From positions 2,604 through 66,603 of IMG/VR virus record IMGVR_UViG_3300032223_002435: a stretch of DNA of 64,000 bases. One strand, 5' to 3'. The position numbers were made by a program, and so were the translations under genes. This stretch comes from a virus. The stretch's first letter is position 1. Every line of letters starts with the position of its first letter. Shown here in pieces: positions 62,618 to 64,000 of this stretch. The notes under the pieces are model-generated. The model was not told the origin of the DNA, did no database searches, and saw nothing but the letters and a program-made list of their open reading frames with translations.

Positions 62618-62890
62618 ATGAAAAAACCGCTCGGAATCCAAGAACACCTAGAAATTGCAAAGCTCATTCGCAACTGCAAACAAAACATCACTGAAATCAG
62701 GTCGATCTACGGCCACAACATTAAAGTGAGCAGCTCCACATACAAAAGAATGGCCTCTGCAACCAATGCCCTAGCCAAACTCTCCAGCGATTTAGAAAAC
62801 GATTATTTCGCTGACACAACGGAAGCGGAGCGCAATGCCCATTCTCCCAAACCATTCCCTCACTTTGGGGAAATCTACGATGCGCGATGA
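62618..62890 (+). CDS. hypothetical protein
   Basis: 90 aa with CA-rich leader. Confidence 0.6.
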   Translation: MKKPLGIQEHLEIAKLIRNCKQNITEIRSIYGHNIKVSSSTYKRMASATNALAKLSSDLENDYFADTTEAERNAHSPKPFPHFGEIYDAR

Positions 62891-63474
62891 GCTTCACCAT
62901 TAAAGACCTCGAAAAGCTCGGGTACTCACTTCAACCAGACGGATCTTACTCCCATGCAATGGACCAGAACACACAAACTCACTCTGCTAGGGTACATCAC
63001 CCCAAGCCTCAACCAACTGCTCCGCAAGCATTGGACAGTCATCCAAAAGGCCAAGCAGGAAGCGCAGTATGCCCTAGCACGCGCAATAGCAACCCAAACG
63101 GTCAAACCACCCCAAGCAAGGGGAAAATCAATTTAAAGGCCAATAGCGGCCCCCAGCACAAAGTCGTAATAACACGCTGCGCCCCTAGGTGCCTCGATAT
63201 CGACAACTTCGCCGGCGGCTGCAAGGCCATCATCGACTGCCTCAGAGCCGAACAGATCATCCCCAACGACGATCCAGCAAGTGTCATCATCGAGTTCCAT
63301 CAACAAAAGTGCAAGCAAGGGGAGCAACGCACAGAAATCGAAATCTACAGGCGAAATCTACAGGCCAGACGTTCATATAACGATATAAACAAAGTAAACA
63401 GGACATCTTATGCACACCAGAAACTACCAACCACACAACAAATGGGCTCGAGTCAGGCAATTCGTCAGCAATGA
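62887..63474 (+). CDS. RusA-like Holliday junction resolvase with low-complexity N-terminus
   Basis: LDIDNFAGGCKAIIDCL...IIPNDD. Confidence 0.7.
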   Translation: MSFTIKDLEKLGYSLQPDGSYSHAMDQNTQTHSARVHHPKPQPTAPQALDSHPKGQAGSAVCPSTRNSNPNGQTTPSKGKINLKANSGPQHKVVITRCAPRCLDIDNFAGGCKAIIDCLRAEQIIPNDDPASVIIEFHQQKCKQGEQRTEIEIYRRNLQARRSYNDINKVNRTSYAHQKLPTTQQMGSSQAIRQQ

Positions 63475-63603
63475 CGTCTACCTGGAGCGCTTGTCCATAG
63501 AAGTAAACGCCGCCTGCAACAGGTTCTTCGCTAATCGCGGCATGGTCATCAATTACCAATTCAAAAACACCTCTTGGTTCAACGCCAAGCAGGCCACAAA
63601 AGC

Positions 63604-63801
63604 ATGAACGCCTACAACGAGAATAACTTCAACAAACTATTGGAAGAGTACACAGCCATCTCTCAAGAGAGGGATGCGCTGAAATACGTCATCCATAAGT
63701 TAGCAACCCACATGCTTGAAGAACTGGGATACGATAATGAAAAAATCGCAAAGATCACTGCGCAAGGCGCTTCATTCAGTGCAAGTGTCGAGCAATCATA
63801 G
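63604..63801 (+). CDS. hypothetical protein
   Basis: MNAYNENN...; stop overlaps the palindrome copy at 63800. Confidence 0.5.
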   Translation: MNAYNENNFNKLLEEYTAISQERDALKYVIHKLATHMLEELGYDNEKIAKITAQGASFSASVEQS

Positions 63802-64000
63802 TCTTATGATAAGACTCCACCACCATGGTTAAAGGAATCTATTATGTTAAATCAAAGTTAGGTTAGCCGAAAGGCATAGTCAAGTTATCTTTTGAAAACG
63901 ATATTAGTAAACCAGTTTACATAAAGTTGTCAGCTGAACCAGGTAGTATTGCCATGAATGAAGAAAACGCAAGGCTCCGCAAGGAGAACGCAAATCTTAA

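Overview
The whole window is part of a tailed, apparently temperate dsDNA phage genome; no host genes are seen and the attP-like region looks intact. Layout: (i) a leftward early/accessory arm (~1.2-18.4 kb) with SNF2 helicase, PAPS-reductase-like protein, a short ligase, a histone-fold candidate, ParB, ArdA and a beta-clamp homologue; (ii) a repeat-rich divergence region (18.4-18.75 kb); (iii) a rightward late arm (18.77-52.6 kb) with gpW-like adaptor, lambda-type portal, protease/scaffold, capsid, tail and lysis genes including a GH75-like lysin; (iv) four tiny ribbon-helix-helix (RHH) genes in two divergent pairs; (v) a replication module interrupted by xis/int/attP. No terminase or DNA polymerase is recognisable. 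Main signals: (1) ~6 kb of modular cargo ORFs between portal and protease, punctuated by an (F/L)xRLxEL(S/A)/xEF linker that also occurs in the scaffold and in an orphan gene at 5319, suggesting protease-processed, capsid-packaged polyproteins; (2) a (G)TTGAC motif 20-22 nt before the ATG at 11 plus-strand starts, a spacing incompatible with a sigma70 -35 box; (3) the palindrome AGTCTTA-N3-TAAGACT at 7 sites, 5 inside genes; (4) an all-RHH candidate lysis/lysogeny switch missed by the ORF track. All product calls come from motif recognition by eye; no searches were run, and motif counts come from manual scanning.
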